A stretch of DNA of 64,000 nt from a candidate division CPR2 bacterium GW2011_GWC2_39_35 (GCA_000995065.1 LBWX01000001.1:31563-95562), one strand, 5' to 3'; shown: positions 50,110-59,799, numbered from the stretch's first letter. Notes: generated from the sequence alone by a model not told the origin. Numbers and translations: made by a program.

Positions 50110-50175
50110 TTTAAAACAGAATTTTTATGAAAAGCTGCTTCAAAAGGGCAGTTTTTTTGATACAATAGTTTTTGC

Positions 50176-50682
50176 ATGAATAAAGATTTATCAAAAATTA
50201 AGCATATGGCCGGTCTTATCATGGCTGTCCTATTTATTATTATTTCTCTTTATTCGTCCCAATATGATAGATCAGGAGTATCTGATGATGTTGCAGTCAA
50301 AAAAGTCGTTGACGGCGATACCGTGATACTTACAAATGACGAAAAGGTTAGATACATCGGCATCGACACGCCCGAGACCAAACATCCCAAGAAAGAAATT
50401 CAATGTTTCGGAAAAGAAGCTGCGGCTAGAAATAAGGAGCTAGTTGAAGGTAAAAAGGTAAAGCTCGAAAGGGATATTTCGGAGCGAGACAAGTATGGCC
50501 GCCTGCTTAGATATGTTTATTTAGAAGATAGTACATTCGTAAATCTACTTCTTGTAAAAGAAGGGTATGCTAGAGCTTCGACTTATCCGCCGGACATAAA
50601 ACATCAAAATGACTTTTTAGAGGCGGAAAGAGAGGCAAGGGGAAATAATCGAGGATTGTGGAATGCAGAAGCTTGTAATTAA
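50176..50682 (+). CDS. membrane-anchored thermonuclease (SNase/micrococcal nuclease family)
   Basis: N-terminal TM, SNase core VVDGDTVIL..VRYIGIDTPE...RYVYLED..NLLLVKEGYA. Confidence 0.8.
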   Translation: MNKDLSKIKHMAGLIMAVLFIIISLYSSQYDRSGVSDDVAVKKVVDGDTVILTNDEKVRYIGIDTPETKHPKKEIQCFGKEAAARNKELVEGKKVKLERDISERDKYGRLLRYVYLEDSTFVNLLLVKEGYARASTYPPDIKHQNDFLEAEREARGNNRGLWNAEACN

Positions 50683-50818
50683 TAACTTGAAAAAAATACT
50701 CTATCATGGTAAATTTTAAATGTATGAAAAAACGATTACAGATCAATGGGAAAGCATGGTGGGTCTGGCAAAAGTAAGCCGGGAGATTTTGTGATCTAAA
50801 TTTAATAAATAAGTAACA

Positions 50819-50841
50819 AGCTCCCGATGGGAGATTTTTTT
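50819..50841 (+). terminator. short hairpin CTCCC-GAT-GGGAG followed by ATTTTTTT
   Basis: read directly; region also contains direct repeats CGATGGGAGAT x2. Confidence 0.45.
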
Positions 50842-51012
50842 GCTTAAAATCTCCTCTTACGATGGGAGATGTTATGTTTAGATTGCAGTAGATGAAGATA
50901 ATACATTGAAATCGAGTGAAGTACATTACAAATCTAATAAGCCCGAAATTTGGGATGAAATAAAGAGCGCGTAAGTTTAGAAACTGGCTGTCCACGACTT
51001 AGGGAGGGTGAG

Positions 51013-51276
51013 ATGAGTAAGAAGATGGAACCAAAAAAGCTTGGGGGAAGAAAAACAAATGTTAGAAATATAAAACGAAGGAGTGAAGATCCAAGGAAAT
51101 TAAGTGCTGAGATAGCTGATCACATGAATGAAAGAGCAAGAATCGGTAAAAAAATCGAAGCAAGTGAATACCCCAAAAGAAAGGCACGTCGAGTCAAAAC
51201 ACGAATTACAGAGTTAAATTTTCTAATTGAGGAGAAAATGAATCTTTTTTCAAAAGCGATTGCTTCTGCAAACTGA
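51013..51276 (+). CDS. hypothetical highly basic small protein (87 aa)
   Basis: GGGAGGG SD then ATG; K/R-rich (RKTNVRNIKRRSEDPRK...RKARRVKTR); no recognisable domain. Confidence 0.4.
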   Translation: MSKKMEPKKLGGRKTNVRNIKRRSEDPRKLSAEIADHMNERARIGKKIEASEYPKRKARRVKTRITELNFLIEEKMNLFSKAIASAN

Positions 51277-51316
51277 CACGTATTAATAAGCGGAACATTG
51301 TTATTTTAGAAAAGCA

Positions 51317-51772
51317 TTGGCGACATCCATGGAAGGAGTAATCATAACAATGCAAGCACCGAAAAAGGGGATAAAGCCTACGGGTCATGTAAAGAAGGCA
51401 AAGCGAAGATGTTTTACGAATCTGCATGCAACCACCCTGGCTAGGCAAATATCTGTTACAGTTATGAAGGGACAATTTCTATTACCTTGTATAGATTTAT
51501 CTTATCTATCTAATTATAGGGTTTGGCGCATTATAGATAGGATTAAAACGATCAATTGTGAAATAGAGGTTGTAGAAATACGGTTAAAAATGGCATTTGA
51601 ACCAGTAGATGTTTTAGGCGAAATGGCAAAAATAAAGAATGCGCTTATCTTAAAACGCTGCTATCTTGCAAGATTTTATGAAGAAATCAGAGACATTCAA
51701 ACTAGCCTGGAGTATCCTGATTACTATCAGATGATGCCAAGAACAACCTTAGATCCGACGACGATAAGATAA
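51317..51772 (+). CDS. hypothetical protein (151 aa)
   Basis: intact ORF followed by strong terminator at 51780-51829; no recognisable domain. Confidence 0.4.
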   Translation: MATSMEGVIITMQAPKKGIKPTGHVKKAKRRCFTNLHATTLARQISVTVMKGQFLLPCIDLSYLSNYRVWRIIDRIKTINCEIEVVEIRLKMAFEPVDVLGEMAKIKNALILKRCYLARFYEEIRDIQTSLEYPDYYQMMPRTTLDPTTIR

Positions 51773-51779
51773 CAAATTA

Positions 51780-51829
51780 CCCCAAGGAAAACGCGCATAG
51801 TCGCAAAATTTTCCTTGGGGCTGTTTTTT
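51780..51829 (+). terminator. rho-independent terminator: 12-bp stem CCCCAAGGAAAA/TTTTCCTTGGGG then CTGTTTTTT
   Basis: read directly, 8 nt after stop of 51317..51772. Confidence 0.55.
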
Positions 51830-51840
51830 GGAAAAAAGGC

Positions 51841-51869
51841 TTGACTTGCAACACAAAGCCGGATAAAAT
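51841..51869 (+). promoter_or_regulatory. sigma70-like promoter TTGACT-17-TAAAAT
   Basis: hexamers and exact 17-nt spacer read directly. Confidence 0.55.
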
Positions 51870-51875
51870 ATGTAT

Positions 51876-52022
51876 CGATGAAGCAATTAACCAACCTCAT
51901 TCAAATCAGCGTAATGATGCTCGTGGTGAAGGAAAGCCACGGAAGGTTAGTGTTGTCTGAATCGTAAAGTTTAGAAAGAGCATAGCTCAAGAAGAACCAA
52001 CCTTCCAAGCGGAAGGTTTTTT
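51876..52022 (+). ncRNA. candidate ~150-nt small transcript bracketed by promoter (51841) and terminator (52001-52022); contains a possible 30-codon hydrophobic peptide ORF (51878-51970, MKQLTNLIQISVMMLVVKESHGRLVLSES)
   Basis: promoter and terminator geometry only; no SD before the small ORF. Confidence 0.35.
52001..52022 (+). terminator. hairpin CCTTCC-AAGC-GGAAGG followed by TTTTTT
   Basis: read directly. Confidence 0.6.
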
Positions 52023-52032
52023 GATTGCATGC

Positions 52033-52107
52033 GGAAGTATGGGCAAATGGCAAGCCGTCGGCCAAACATGCCGAAATCCGAGGGTTCGAATCCCTCTACT
52101 TCTACCC
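52033..52107 (+). tRNA. tRNA-like gene with canonical acceptor stem, D-arm (GG), 5-bp anticodon stem and GGTTCGAATCC T-arm, but non-canonical anticodon loop CAAACAU (A at position 33; nominal anticodon AAC)
   Basis: manual cloverleaf: 1-7 GGAAGTA pairs 66-72 TACTTCT (one G-U), T-arm GAGGG-TTCGAAT-CCCTC, discriminator A, then CCC (no encoded CCA). Confidence 0.45.
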
Positions 52108-52236
52108 AAGAAGCTAAGCAAAAGTTTGGCTACATAGTACCTTTACTTATTCAACCGAAGACCAAATGATCATTTATTGTCTGACACCGTGGGAAAAGTT
52201 ATTGTAGGCAGAAATTAGGACAAACAGGAGGGAACA

Positions 52237-52515
52237 ATGGTTAAAGAAAGAGGAAGATTTGACGTAAACCCAGCGCTAGAAGGGAATGAAAGCCAATTTA
52301 GCAAGTTAAGCCATGAAGTCTTGCGAGTCGAGAACAAAATAAAGCGTCTCGAAACACATGCGTCAATGTTGCTAAAGCACCAGAAAGCAGCGGCCGATCC
52401 AAAGATACATGATGAGTTGATTGAAAAAACAAAAGAAGATATCCGGCGGCTTATGCCGCAATTAAATCTTCTACAATCAGAAATCGATCGTTGCTTAAGT
52501 CTCAACCCATGCTAA
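52237..52515 (+). CDS. hypothetical coiled-coil small protein (92 aa)
   Basis: AGGAGGG SD then ATG; heptad-like charged sequence; followed by 14-bp perfect hairpin. Confidence 0.4.
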   Translation: MVKERGRFDVNPALEGNESQFSKLSHEVLRVENKIKRLETHASMLLKHQKAAADPKIHDELIEKTKEDIRRLMPQLNLLQSEIDRCLSLNPC

Positions 52516-52540
52516 TATAAGCTAACGGTTAACAAAAGTC

Positions 52541-52580
52541 AGGACCTATTTAGATTAGAGATAGTCTCTAAATAGGTCCT
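52541..52580 (+). other. perfect 14-bp inverted repeat AGGACCTATTTAGA / TCTAAATAGGTCCT with internally palindromic loop (TAGAGATAGTCTCTA); terminator or protein-binding palindrome
   Basis: read directly; not followed by a T-run. Confidence 0.4.
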
Positions 52581-52624
52581 GAGAACAACTCAAGAGACGC
52601 AGGTGGTGATTATGACTGTATTGA

Positions 52625-52879
52625 TTGGAGGAGATAGACATGGGGATGCCAAGGACTAGCATATGTGGAGTAAATATGCCCTTAGTTGAGGCAACAAAAG
52701 AGCAAATCGACTTGGTTAAGAAGTGTTACGAAACTAAGGGTGAGCGCGGTGCGGAGTGTGCTATTAATGGCGAGAAGATTTGCAAGTACGGCTTGCCCGT
52801 AATTTGCCGCCTTAGAAACGGGCACGACTATAATCCGAAGAAACCGGAAGAGTGTGCAAAACTTTCCATTGTTGGTTAA
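52625..52879 (+). CDS. hypothetical small cysteine-rich protein (6-7 Cys in ~75 aa)
   Basis: Cys at ICGV, KKCY, AECA, KICK, VICR, EECA; start ambiguous (several in-frame Met); convergent with copA. Confidence 0.45.
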   Translation: MEEIDMGMPRTSICGVNMPLVEATKEQIDLVKKCYETKGERGAECAINGEKICKYGLPVICRLRNGHDYNPKKPEECAKLSIVG

Positions 52880-52994
52880 CCGAGAAAAGGAGTTTTGTTG
52901 GACAATAGAGAGGAGCGTGAATTATGAGGGGTTTTAAGAAAAAAGTTTATATATAAATATAAACCCCTCTAACCGCGCTCTTTTTATTTTGTCT

Positions 52995-55211
52995 TTATAG
53001 AGTTTTTTTCTTCAAAAGCAATGAATTTGTTACCACGGAAACGCTAGAAAAGCCCATGGCGAGCCCAGCTAGTTCCGGAGTAAGCAGAAGTCCAGTAGCG
53101 GGGTAGAGGACTCCAGCGGCCACGGGAATTCCAATAACATTATAGAAAAAAGCCCAGAAGAGATTTTGCTTTATTTTCGTCATAGTAAGTTTCGACAACC
53201 TAATGGCCCTGACCGCATCCATCAAGTTATTTTTAACAAGCACGATGTCTCCGGCTTCAATTGCAATATCCGTACCGGCGCCAAGAGCAATACCAACGTC
53301 AGCTTGAGTTAAAGCTACGGAATCATTAATACCGTCTCCAACCATCGCCACAATCTTGCCATTTTTTTGCAGTTCCTTTATTTCTTTAGCTTTTTCGTAC
53401 GGCAAGACTTCAGCAATAACTTTTTTTATACCAACTTTATTCGCTACTGCTTGAGCGGTTATCTTATTGTCTCCGGTTATGATTATGGTTTCGATATTCA
53501 TCTTATGTAACTTTTGAATCGCATCTTTTACGTTTTCCTTTAAGGTATCGGCGACGGCAATTGCCCCGATTATTTCATTGTTTAAGCCAATAATCATCAC
53601 TGTTTTACCATCAATTTCCAGCGAAGAAATTTTTTGTTCAATTTCTTCGGTAATTCTAATATTTTCGGTTTTAAAGAGACTTCTATTTCCTAGCATTGCA
53701 CTCTTACTATTAAGTTTCCCCTCGATACCTTTACCGGGAATAGCTTTAAAGTCCTCGACATCTTTTAATTTGATTTTTTTAAACTCAACATAGGTATCAA
53801 TAGCTTCGGCCAATGGATGTTCGCTAAATTTTTCGAGAGTTCCTGCCACTTCCAAAACATCAGTTTCTTGATTTTTATCAAAGGAGATTATATCAGTGAC
53901 TTCCGGCTTGCCTTTGGTTAGAGTCCCTGTTTTATCAAAAACTACTGTCGTTAATCTTTGGGCAATTTCTAGTGAAGCTGCGGATTTAATTAGGATGCCG
54001 TTTTCGGCGCCTTTTCCGGTGCCCACTATGATGGCTGCTGGGGTGGCAAGACCAAGGGCGCAAGGACAGGCAATAACCACCACTGCAATTGCTGTAAGAA
54101 GTGAGAACGTAAAAGTTTGGTCTACCACGAAATACCAAACGATAAATGTAAAGAGCGACAATATAAGCACCGTTGGTACAAAATAAGCCGAAACCGTGTC
54201 TGCAATTCGCTGTATTGGTGCTTTAGAGCCTTGCGCTTCTTCGACGAGTTTTACGATTTGCGCCAAAACGGTACCTTCACCAACCAAAGAAGTTTTTACC
54301 TTAATTGCTCCAAACTTATTAATCGTAGCACCAATTACTTTATCGCCGGGTTTTTTCTCTACCGGAATCGGCTCGCCAGAGATCATAGACTCATCAACCG
54401 ACGTTAGGCCTTCTATTATAACTCCATCAACTGGTATCTTCTCTCCAGGCCTAATTAGGACAATATCTCCAACTTTTACGTCGTCAATTGGAATATCGTA
54501 TTCTTTACCGTCTTTTATAACTCTGGCGGTTTTTGATTTTAGTTCAAGGAGCTTTTTTATTGCTTCGCCGGCTTTACCTTTTGCATTAGTCTCTAATAGT
54601 TTGCCAAGCAAAATAAAGGTGATAAGCAGCGCTGCGATCTCGTAAAACACGATCCCCGAGACAAAGAAAGTCGAAATTACAGAATAGAAATAGGCGGCAG
54701 AAGTGCCAACTACCACCAAGGTGTCCATATTAGACGTTTTGTTCTTTAAAGCGACTAAGGCTCCTTTATAAAAAGACGCGCCGGAGATAAACTGAACCGG
54801 AGTTGTGAGGGCAAATAGCAGTAGCTTTCGGTTTGGAAAATCCATTAGAAAATCGATGTTTAAGCCGAATACCTTAAATACATGAGGCATCGAAATCACA
54901 AAAACCGGAATAGATAGTAATGCTGCCAGAATAAAACGCCTAAGCAACATATAATAGTCTTTGCTTTTGTCTTTTTCTTTTTCGGTCGAGATAATTTGGG
55001 ATTCTTCGGCATCATAACCGACTTTTTTAACAATATTTATTAATTTATTAGTGTCTGTTTTAGCAGGATCGTACAATACGCTGGCCTTTTCTGAAGCAAG
55101 GTTGACGCTAGCCTCAGTTACGCCCTCGCTCTTTAGAAGCGCTTTTTCGACATTAATAGCGCAACTGGCGCAATGCATTCCCTTTATAATGAGTTGTTCC
55201 TTCTTAGTCAA
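52995..55211 (-). CDS. copA: copper-translocating P1B-type ATPase
   Basis: N-terminal HMA domain [18 protein letters not shown] transmembrane metal site ([11 protein letters not shown]), DKTGTLT phosphorylation motif, GDGINDS. Confidence 0.9.
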   Translation of the reverse strand: MTKKEQLIIKGMHCASCAINVEKALLKSEGVTEASVNLASEKASVLYDPAKTDTNKLINIVKKVGYDAEESQIISTEKEKDKSKDYYMLLRRFILAALLSIPVFVISMPHVFKVFGLNIDFLMDFPNRKLLLFALTTPVQFISGASFYKGALVALKNKTSNMDTLVVVGTSAAYFYSVISTFFVSGIVFYEIAALLITFILLGKLLETNAKGKAGEAIKKLLELKSKTARVIKDGKEYDIPIDDVKVGDIVLIRPGEKIPVDGVIIEGLTSVDESMISGEPIPVEKKPGDKVIGATINKFGAIKVKTSLVGEGTVLAQIVKLVEEAQGSKAPIQRIADTVSAYFVPTVLILSLFTFIVWYFVVDQTFTFSLLTAIAVVVIACPCALGLATPAAIIVGTGKGAENGILIKSAASLEIAQRLTTVVFDKTGTLTKGKPEVTDIISFDKNQETDVLEVAGTLEKFSEHPLAEAIDTYVEFKKIKLKDVEDFKAIPGKGIEGKLNSKSAMLGNRSLFKTENIRITEEIEQKISSLEIDGKTVMIIGLNNEIIGAIAVADTLKENVKDAIQKLHKMNIETIIITGDNKITAQAVANKVGIKKVIAEVLPYEKAKEIKELQKNGKIVAMVGDGINDSVALTQADVGIALGAGTDIAIEAGDIVLVKNNLMDAVRAIRLSKLTMTKIKQNLFWAFFYNVIGIPVAAGVLYPATGLLLTPELAGLAMGFSSVSVVTNSLLLKKKTL

Positions 55212-55401
55212 TCTATGCTCCAGTGCATACCTCTAATTTTGTTGATAATGTTATTCATCTATCCTCCTTAAGTTTACAAAACCCATTATAATTACAGTTA
55301 TCTTTGATTGCTAGGGTGTTTCAAAAAAACCAATTTCTTTCCTTAAAACCAATTTTATGCTTCCATCTTTATTTAAGAGTTGCTATAATCGTGAGCGTTA
55401 T

Positions 55402-55579
55402 GAAAAGAAACTGGCTAAGCATATTTTTTATCTGTATACTCATTATTTTATTTGCAAAGGTTTACAATGCTAAGTCCTTTAAGGATTTAGGCGCCGTCCT
55501 CAGTGCCGTAGCAGGCTCAACTTTTGCCTTAATAATAACAAAAGCCCTAGTAAGATTAAAAGATGCAGATGATAAATAA
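55402..55579 (+). CDS. hypothetical small secreted/membrane peptide (59 aa) (tentative)
   Basis: TATAAT -10 at 55385-55390 then ATG; signal-peptide-like MKRNWLSIFFICILIILFAKVYNA; the longer track ORF start (55304) lacks signals. Confidence 0.3.
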
Positions 55580-55695
55580 TTTTATTTTCAAATTAGCTGT
55601 TTAAAAATTGTACATTTAAAATCTAATAGTTGCTAGCATTAATGAAATTCAACAATTTGAGTGGGGTGGAGTGAGAATGCGCGTCAATTTAAGGC

Positions 55696-56052
55696 ATGAC
55701 GTATGGGAAACAAGATCGCTGGAGAAAAAAAAGGAACCTTATCGTAAAGGTTACAAGCAGGCAGTTCGAAGCTATTCGCCATATTTTTACGAAAGCTATT
55801 GCGGATGGTGGTATGGCTAATTATTCCTTAAATGAATTAAAGGTAGTGCTTGGGCTAGAAAACAGTGCTTTTCGTTCTCTTATAAAAGCATTGCACATGA
55901 ATAAAAGGCTCATTAACGTTGCTGGAGATGAATATAGCATTAATCATAAGAAGCTTATAAGCATAAAGGAAATAGTTGTTGTAAACGGCTCTGGTAGCCA
56001 TCATCCTACGGGTAAGAAATGGATTGGCGAAACTGGACAATTTAAAAACTAG
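55696..56052 (+). CDS. hypothetical protein (118 aa)
   Basis: intact ORF, no recognisable domain. Confidence 0.35.
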   Translation: MTYGKQDRWRKKRNLIVKVTSRQFEAIRHIFTKAIADGGMANYSLNELKVVLGLENSAFRSLIKALHMNKRLINVAGDEYSINHKKLISIKEIVVVNGSGSHHPTGKKWIGETGQFKN

Positions 56053-56297
56053 CCTCCTTTTCTGCGCAATGAACGTTTCTACAAAAAGAGCTTGGTATGA
56101 CAAGAAACCGGCTCTTTTTTATTTTTAAATTTAATTAACGCTTCTTATGATTGATATTTAGCGCTCTTTATGTTATGCTATAATGTTTTTATAAACTAAA
56201 GAAAAAATAGCTTTAAATGTCCTTTAACATTCTCGGTAAACGGCTAATGGCCGATTAACAAATACATAATCTTGTATCCTAGGTTGCGTCTTAGTTA

Positions 56298-56894
56298 TTG
56301 GAGGCAAAAATGTTAGCAATGAAAGCAGTATGTGTCCCGGATTCCTTGGTCTCAATCAACGATCCGCGTATTGGTGAGGAAAAACCTGCCAAGACGAGCG
56401 AAGTGTCGAGATTAAGATGGGAATTAGGAGGTATCGGATTTAAGGAGAGACACGACTTTGTCTTTTGGGATGAAGAAAAAGAAAGGCTAAAAGTTGAAAA
56501 TGGACAGCAAGGCGCAATAAAACTTACGAAGAATCAATTCATCGATGTACTTGAGGGCCGTCACGAAATTCCGGAATGGGCGAGAACAAGGATAGTCGAA
56601 TGGGTAACTGCCTGGACTGGACCGAGCGATCAGTTTGATTGCGATGATTTTTTCAATATCGACAAGAGAATTGAGGCGCAAGTAAATAAGATTACGGCCC
56701 TCGGATTTACTAATCCAGACGAAGTCCCATACTCTTCTCTTCTAAGAAAAGAGCTTTCTAGGCTGAGAAAAATCAGAGAAGCAAAAAGGATGGCTGATCT
56801 TAAGGATCGTTATATGATTAAAGATCCCGATCGGCTTAAAGTCTTTCAGAAAACTATGAAGAAGCATCATATTAACTATTGGTCGCCGATTTAA
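56298..56894 (+). CDS. hypothetical protein (~195 aa; likely ATG start at 56309 or 56318 rather than TTG 56298)
   Basis: GGAGG SD at 56300-56304; intact ORF followed by GC-rich hairpin terminator at ~56915-56950; no recognisable domain. Confidence 0.5.
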   Translation: MEAKMLAMKAVCVPDSLVSINDPRIGEEKPAKTSEVSRLRWELGGIGFKERHDFVFWDEEKERLKVENGQQGAIKLTKNQFIDVLEGRHEIPEWARTRIVEWVTAWTGPSDQFDCDDFFNIDKRIEAQVNKITALGFTNPDEVPYSSLLRKELSRLRKIREAKRMADLKDRYMIKDPDRLKVFQKTMKKHHINYWSPI

Positions 56895-56975
56895 TCTCAG
56901 AAGTATTTGTTTCAAAGCGCCCCTAAGGGAGTTGTTTGCCCCGGGCGCTTTAATTTTGTACAATAAATACAATAT

Positions 56976-57467
56976 ATGACAAAAGATTATTACAACGTTA
57001 TAAAACAGTTTAGTGATAAGCTTCCCAAGTTTCCGGATGGCCGGATTAATTATAGCGGCACAAATAGGGCGCCGGTAATTAATGCCCTCGTAAAATATAG
57101 AGACGAAATTTTAATTTTAAAAAGAAGTGATAAGGTTGCTAATTATAAAGGGAAATGGAATTCTATAGGCGGTTTTTTGGATGAAGCAAAGCCCTTAAAA
57201 CAAAAGGTTTTAGAAGAGGTAAATGAAGAACTTGGCATCACCGAAGATGAAATTGAAGAAGCGAGATTATTTGAAAGCTATGTATTTTATGATGAGTCAA
57301 TTGATAAAACCTGGATCAGTTTTCCGGCATTAATCGAACTTAAGGTTAAGCCTGAAATAAAGCTAGACCAGGAACACACAGATTATAAGTGGATTAAACC
57401 GGAAGATCTAAAAAAATACGAATTTATTCCAGGGCTAGATGAGGCAATAAAGAAGATTCTGAAATAG
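56976..57467 (+). CDS. NUDIX hydrolase
   Basis: Nudix box GGFLDEAKPLKQKVLEEVNEELGI (G-x5-E-x7-REUxEExGU pattern). Confidence 0.8.
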   Translation: MTKDYYNVIKQFSDKLPKFPDGRINYSGTNRAPVINALVKYRDEILILKRSDKVANYKGKWNSIGGFLDEAKPLKQKVLEEVNEELGITEDEIEEARLFESYVFYDESIDKTWISFPALIELKVKPEIKLDQEHTDYKWIKPEDLKKYEFIPGLDEAIKKILK

Positions 57468-57544
57468 TATGTATAGTGAGAGGCTATAACTAAATTAGAT
57501 TAAATGCTTTATAATTTAGTCGTTTTGCGATAGAATACATTTGT

Positions 57545-58312
57545 ATGATAACAATTGCTCTTACAAACCAAAAAGGCGGAGTTGGTAAAACAACCACTGC
57601 CATCAATCTGGCAGCTTATTTAGGTAAATACGGAAAACGTGTGCTTTTAGTTGATTTAGATCCTCAAGCCAATTCCTCGAGCGGCCTTGGCTTAGACATA
57701 AGATCTCTGAAGGCAGGTCTTTATGATGTAATTGTCGGCGAGGTACCTATTGCGGACGCAATTTTAAAAGTTGATACTAAAAACTTAAATATCATCCCTT
57801 CTGATCCCACTTTGGCTGCCGCCGAAGTGGAGTTAGTTGGAACGATGGGCAGGGAATCTAGACTTAAAAAGGCTTTGGAAGGTGTACAGGAAAGGTACGA
57901 TTTTTGTCTCATCGATTGTCCACCATCCTTAAGTCTGCTTACATTAAATGGCTTAGTGGCTGCCGATAGGGTAATTATTCCGGTCCAAAGCGAATATTAC
58001 GCCCTTGAAGGTCTTGGACATTTGCTTCATACTATAGATCGGGTTAGAATGAATTTAAACCCGTATTTAAAAATACTTGGAATAGTTCTTACAATGTATG
58101 ACCATAGAACGGTGCTATCGCAGCAAGTCCAGGTAGAAGTTAAAAAACATTTTGCAGATAAATTATTTAATTCTTTAATACCAAGGAACATCCGCCTGGC
58201 AGAGGCGCCGAGTCATGGTAAAAGCATTTTGCAATATGACAGATTCTGCAAAGGAGCCTCGTCATACAAAAGCTTAGCAAAGGAGGTAATAGAGAGATGT
58301 CAAAAGGATTAG
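57545..58312 (+). CDS. parA: chromosome partitioning ATPase ParA/Soj
   Basis: deviant Walker A KGGVGKTTT, ParA family length and motifs. Confidence 0.9.
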   Translation: MITIALTNQKGGVGKTTTAINLAAYLGKYGKRVLLVDLDPQANSSSGLGLDIRSLKAGLYDVIVGEVPIADAILKVDTKNLNIIPSDPTLAAAEVELVGTMGRESRLKKALEGVQERYDFCLIDCPPSLSLLTLNGLVAADRVIIPVQSEYYALEGLGHLLHTIDRVRMNLNPYLKILGIVLTMYDHRTVLSQQVQVEVKKHFADKLFNSLIPRNIRLAEAPSHGKSILQYDRFCKGASSYKSLAKEVIERCQKD

Positions 58313-59133
58313 GAAGAGGTTTGGAATCTCTGATTCCCACAACCGGACAAATTGAAAAAACCATCGGTTTAAAGCCGTCGGACATAAATGAAGTGCCAAT
58401 AGAAAAGGTAGTAGCTAACCCAAACCAACCCCGATATACCTTTGATGAAGATGCTCTATCAGAATTAGCCGAATCGATTAAAACGCATGGGATAATTCAG
58501 CCTCTTATTGCTACCAAAAATGGTGACAAATACGAGCTTATAGCCGGTGAAAGACGTCTAAGAGCCGCAAAAATTGCAAACTTTAAGACCGTACCAATTA
58601 TCGTAAGGACCTATGACGAGCAACAAAAGCTCGAGATTGCGATTATCGAAAACATTCAGAGGCATAATCTAAATCCCTTAGAAGAGGCAATGGCCTTCCA
58701 GAGACTTCAGGACGATTTTAATCTAACTCAAGAAGAAGTATCCAAGAAAATGGGCAAAAGTCGAAGTGCCGTCGCCAACACTTTAAGGCTATTAAACTTG
58801 CCTGTTGAAATCAAAAGAGGGCTTGTTGATGGTAAGATTACCGAGGGGCATGCAAGAGCTATTCTTTCGGTAGATGATCCTCAAAAGAGAATGGATTTGT
58901 ATAATCAAATCTTGGCCGATAAGCTAAACGTTCGAACTGTCGAAGCCAAGGCCAAAACGCTTTCCGCCAAGACAAAAGAAGATAATTCGAGCATTTATCT
59001 CGATCTAGAGTCAAAGCTGCGAAACAGTCTGGGCGCAAAGGTCAAAATCCAGCCACAAGGCAAAGGCGGCAAGATTGTGATAGATTTCTATAGCGACGAG
59101 GAACTAGAAAGCTTGATGGAGAAGATGAGCTAA
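58297..59133 (+). CDS. parB: chromosome partitioning protein ParB/Spo0J
   Basis: ParB box GERRLRAA, HTH region, overlapping start with parA. Confidence 0.9.
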   Translation: MSKGLGRGLESLIPTTGQIEKTIGLKPSDINEVPIEKVVANPNQPRYTFDEDALSELAESIKTHGIIQPLIATKNGDKYELIAGERRLRAAKIANFKTVPIIVRTYDEQQKLEIAIIENIQRHNLNPLEEAMAFQRLQDDFNLTQEEVSKKMGKSRSAVANTLRLLNLPVEIKRGLVDGKITEGHARAILSVDDPQKRMDLYNQILADKLNVRTVEAKAKTLSAKTKEDNSSIYLDLESKLRNSLGAKVKIQPQGKGGKIVIDFYSDEELESLMEKMS

Positions 59134-59181
59134 ATAAATTACTAATTAATCTAATTTCTAATTGCTCTACCAAATCTCAAT

Positions 59182-59799
59182 TTAGGCTTTATTATAAACA
59201 GGGCTTTTTATTAGCTCAAAACCAGGCAAGAGTCGAACCCAAACTTTACCTATAATGTGGTCTCTTGTTAAGGCTCCCCATTCTCTGGAATCTGAGCTGG
59301 CATTTGGTTCGCGGTTGTCGCCGATAACAAAATATTCATCACCGGCTAATTTTTTTTCGATAGAGCCGAGCGTTGGTGTATTGGGCTCGATATATTTTTC
59401 ATTAAGTGTTATAAAATCATCATTTCCATTTGTTCTCACTGAAACCTCGCCATTTCTAATATTTACGGTTTCTCCTGGCAAACCGATTATCCTTTTAATA
59501 TAATTCTTGCAAGGATCCGTTTTGCCGATTTTTGAAGTATAACCTTGCTTTACAAAACTATCACACTCCGATGTCGGATGCTTTAAAACAACTACCTGAC
59601 CCCTCTTGGGCGCTAAGATGTGATAAGTAAGTTCATCAATAATTAGATAATCATTATTTTGATATGTTGGCTCCATAGAAGAGCCCACAACATAAAAAGG
59701 TTGAACTACAAAATTTCTTATTACAAAAACGAATAGCACTATGAGAAGTACTGTTTTTATTATTTCTCCGACGAAAAGTAAATTATCATTTTTGGGCAT
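59182..59799 (-). CDS. lepB: signal peptidase I
   Basis: catalytic Ser box GSSMEPT, Lys box KRIIGLPGE, GDNR box; start set to internal Met at 59799 preceding the TM anchor (track ORF extends to 59919). Confidence 0.8.
   Translation of the reverse strand: MPKNDNLLFVGEIIKTVLLIVLFVFVIRNFVVQPFYVVGSSMEPTYQNNDYLIIDELTYHILAPKRGQVVVLKHPTSECDSFVKQGYTSKIGKTDPCKNYIKRIIGLPGETVNIRNGEVSVRTNGNDDFITLNEKYIEPNTPTLGSIEKKLAGDEYFVIGDNREPNASSDSREWGALTRDHIIGKVWVRLLPGFELIKSPVYNKA

Noticed and set aside
50570-50995. 141-aa minus-strand ORF spanning nuclease 3' end and downstream intergenic region
   Set aside because: Overlaps the thermonuclease CDS antisense and runs through terminator and direct-repeat DNA; no start signals.
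52925-52990. GGGG...CCCC A/T-rich palindrome between the Cys-rich ORF and copA as a defined bidirectional terminator
   Set aside because: The arms are interrupted and dominated by an AT-only inner palindrome (GTTTATATATAAATATAAAC); too weak to call with confidence, though a terminator between convergent genes is plausible.
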